DNA of 64,000 nt from Takakia lepidozioides. Taxonomy: Eukaryota > Plantae > Bryophyta. Positions 63,006 to 64,000 of the stretch are shown here, one piece after another; position 1 is the stretch's first letter, and each line of letters begins with the position of its first letter. A model generated the notes under the pieces. That model saw only the letters and a list, made by a program, of their open reading frames with translations, made no database searches and was not told the origin of the DNA. The stretch covers positions 72,106,001-72,170,000 of the forward strand of contig CM060732.1 in the NCBI GenBank assembly GCA_030704615.1, written 5' to 3'. The translations under genes were made by a program, and so were the position numbers.

Positions 63006-64000
63006 CAACAAGTTATGGGTCCACAGGGTTCAAATGAGTTTGGCATTGTGCCAAAGCTCCTATAGTCACTCCCCTAATTTGGTAGTGAGAACTTCCATCT
63101 TTGGAAATTCAAAATCATGTATATGGTGTTGAAAGAATTGAAGCTATGGAACATAGTGAAAAGGACTCAGCATAGACCTTTAGAACATGATGCTGCAAAT
63201 AGATTGCAGTATGATGAGAGGGACCAGAGGGCATAGGCTCTCATTGCTCTAAAGTTTACAAGACTCTCAATTATCCATATGCGTTTAGCTAGAATTGCTA
63301 AGGAAACATAGGAAAGGTTGGAAGCTCATTGATATGAGAAGAGGGCATTACCTTCTAAGACATTTAATGAATGTACAGGTGGAATGAGTAGACACCTGCA
63401 TGACAAGTCACATCAATAAAATTAGAGAATTATCACTGCAACTAGAAGCAAGGGGGGAGGTAGTTAATGATGGCATGTTAGTGATGATTTTGTTATTAAG
63501 TTTGACTGAAAACTACCACAATCTCATTACTGCTTTGGAGACTATGATAAATACTCTCAAACCCGCTGCCCTGCCTGGTGTGTGGATTGTTCGTGACCAG
63601 CTGGTCTGGTGGTGACGTTTCCACCTGTGTGCCTAATGGCTTATCTGAAAGGGGGTTAATTTTTCCCCCTCCTCAAGGGCCTGAATTGTGAGCAGTCGCT
63701 CCCATGTTTCCTTTTCAAAAAACAAAACAAAACAAAACCAAAAAATAAATAAAAATTGGGGCATGTAAGTGAGAGATTGTTATATGAAGAATTAGAGATC
63801 AAGATGAGGGAATAATAATGTATTCAAGTGATGAAAATGTCTTCTATGTACAAAAGCTAAAGGGGAAATTCAAACGAAAGTCGTATGAATAGATGCAGTA
63901 ACAAAAGCAACAAGTGTTTAGGCGGAAAGGCAACTGTAACATCCGCCAGGAGCGCTGCCATTGGGCACCAAAATGTCCAAAGAAGTATGCAAATGAGGCA
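63006..64000 (+). mobile_element. Ty1/Copia remnant (LTR end, PBS, gag), interrupted by a LINE tail at ~63562-63755; continues beyond the window
   Basis: CAACA|AGTTATGGGTCCA; NFHLWKFK..LWNIV; SHINKIREL..LEARGE..ILLLSL.ENY.NLITALE; degenerate knuckle CNI.QE..HWAPKC at ~63936-63980. Confidence 0.8.

Overview
Eukaryotic, intron-containing plant nuclear DNA. Gene content (hemerythrin-class GST, highly repetitive PLS-PPR motifs, chromodomain-bearing gypsy element) suggests a non-flowering lineage such as a hornwort, other bryophyte or lycophyte; this is inference. Host genes, all on the minus strand: a 5-exon CRIB-RopGAP (4302-6781), a 4-exon GST-hemerythrin (43844-46177) and a CLASP-like gene that seems to lack TOG1 (~53100-58840). 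There is also a PPR-DYW pseudogene (17582-18800) with an inverted partial copy (15635-16340). The centre is a three-level nest. An L1-type LINE has its endonuclease split by an ~11 kb decayed Ty3/gypsy-type element (21831-39839), which in turn carries a very young chromovirus (24591-31560, TSD TCTAC). The outer gypsy-type element is the standout. Its polyprotein runs gag - protease - DNMT3-like C5 cytosine methyltransferase - RT - RNase H - DDE integrase - PHD finger. Instead of two LTRs it has split direct repeats (A1 ... PPT-B1-gc-A2-B2) with an internal palindromic end-to-start junction and no PBS. That layout is otherwise typical of tyrosine-recombinase (PAT/Ngaro) retrotransposons. Smaller items: two tRNA-derived SINEs with TSDs, two copies of a TA-flanked TIR element, a MITE, MULE and Harbinger remnants, a captured AGPase exon fragment and a Copia gag remnant. 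All calls come from reading the sequence by eye; no searches were run.
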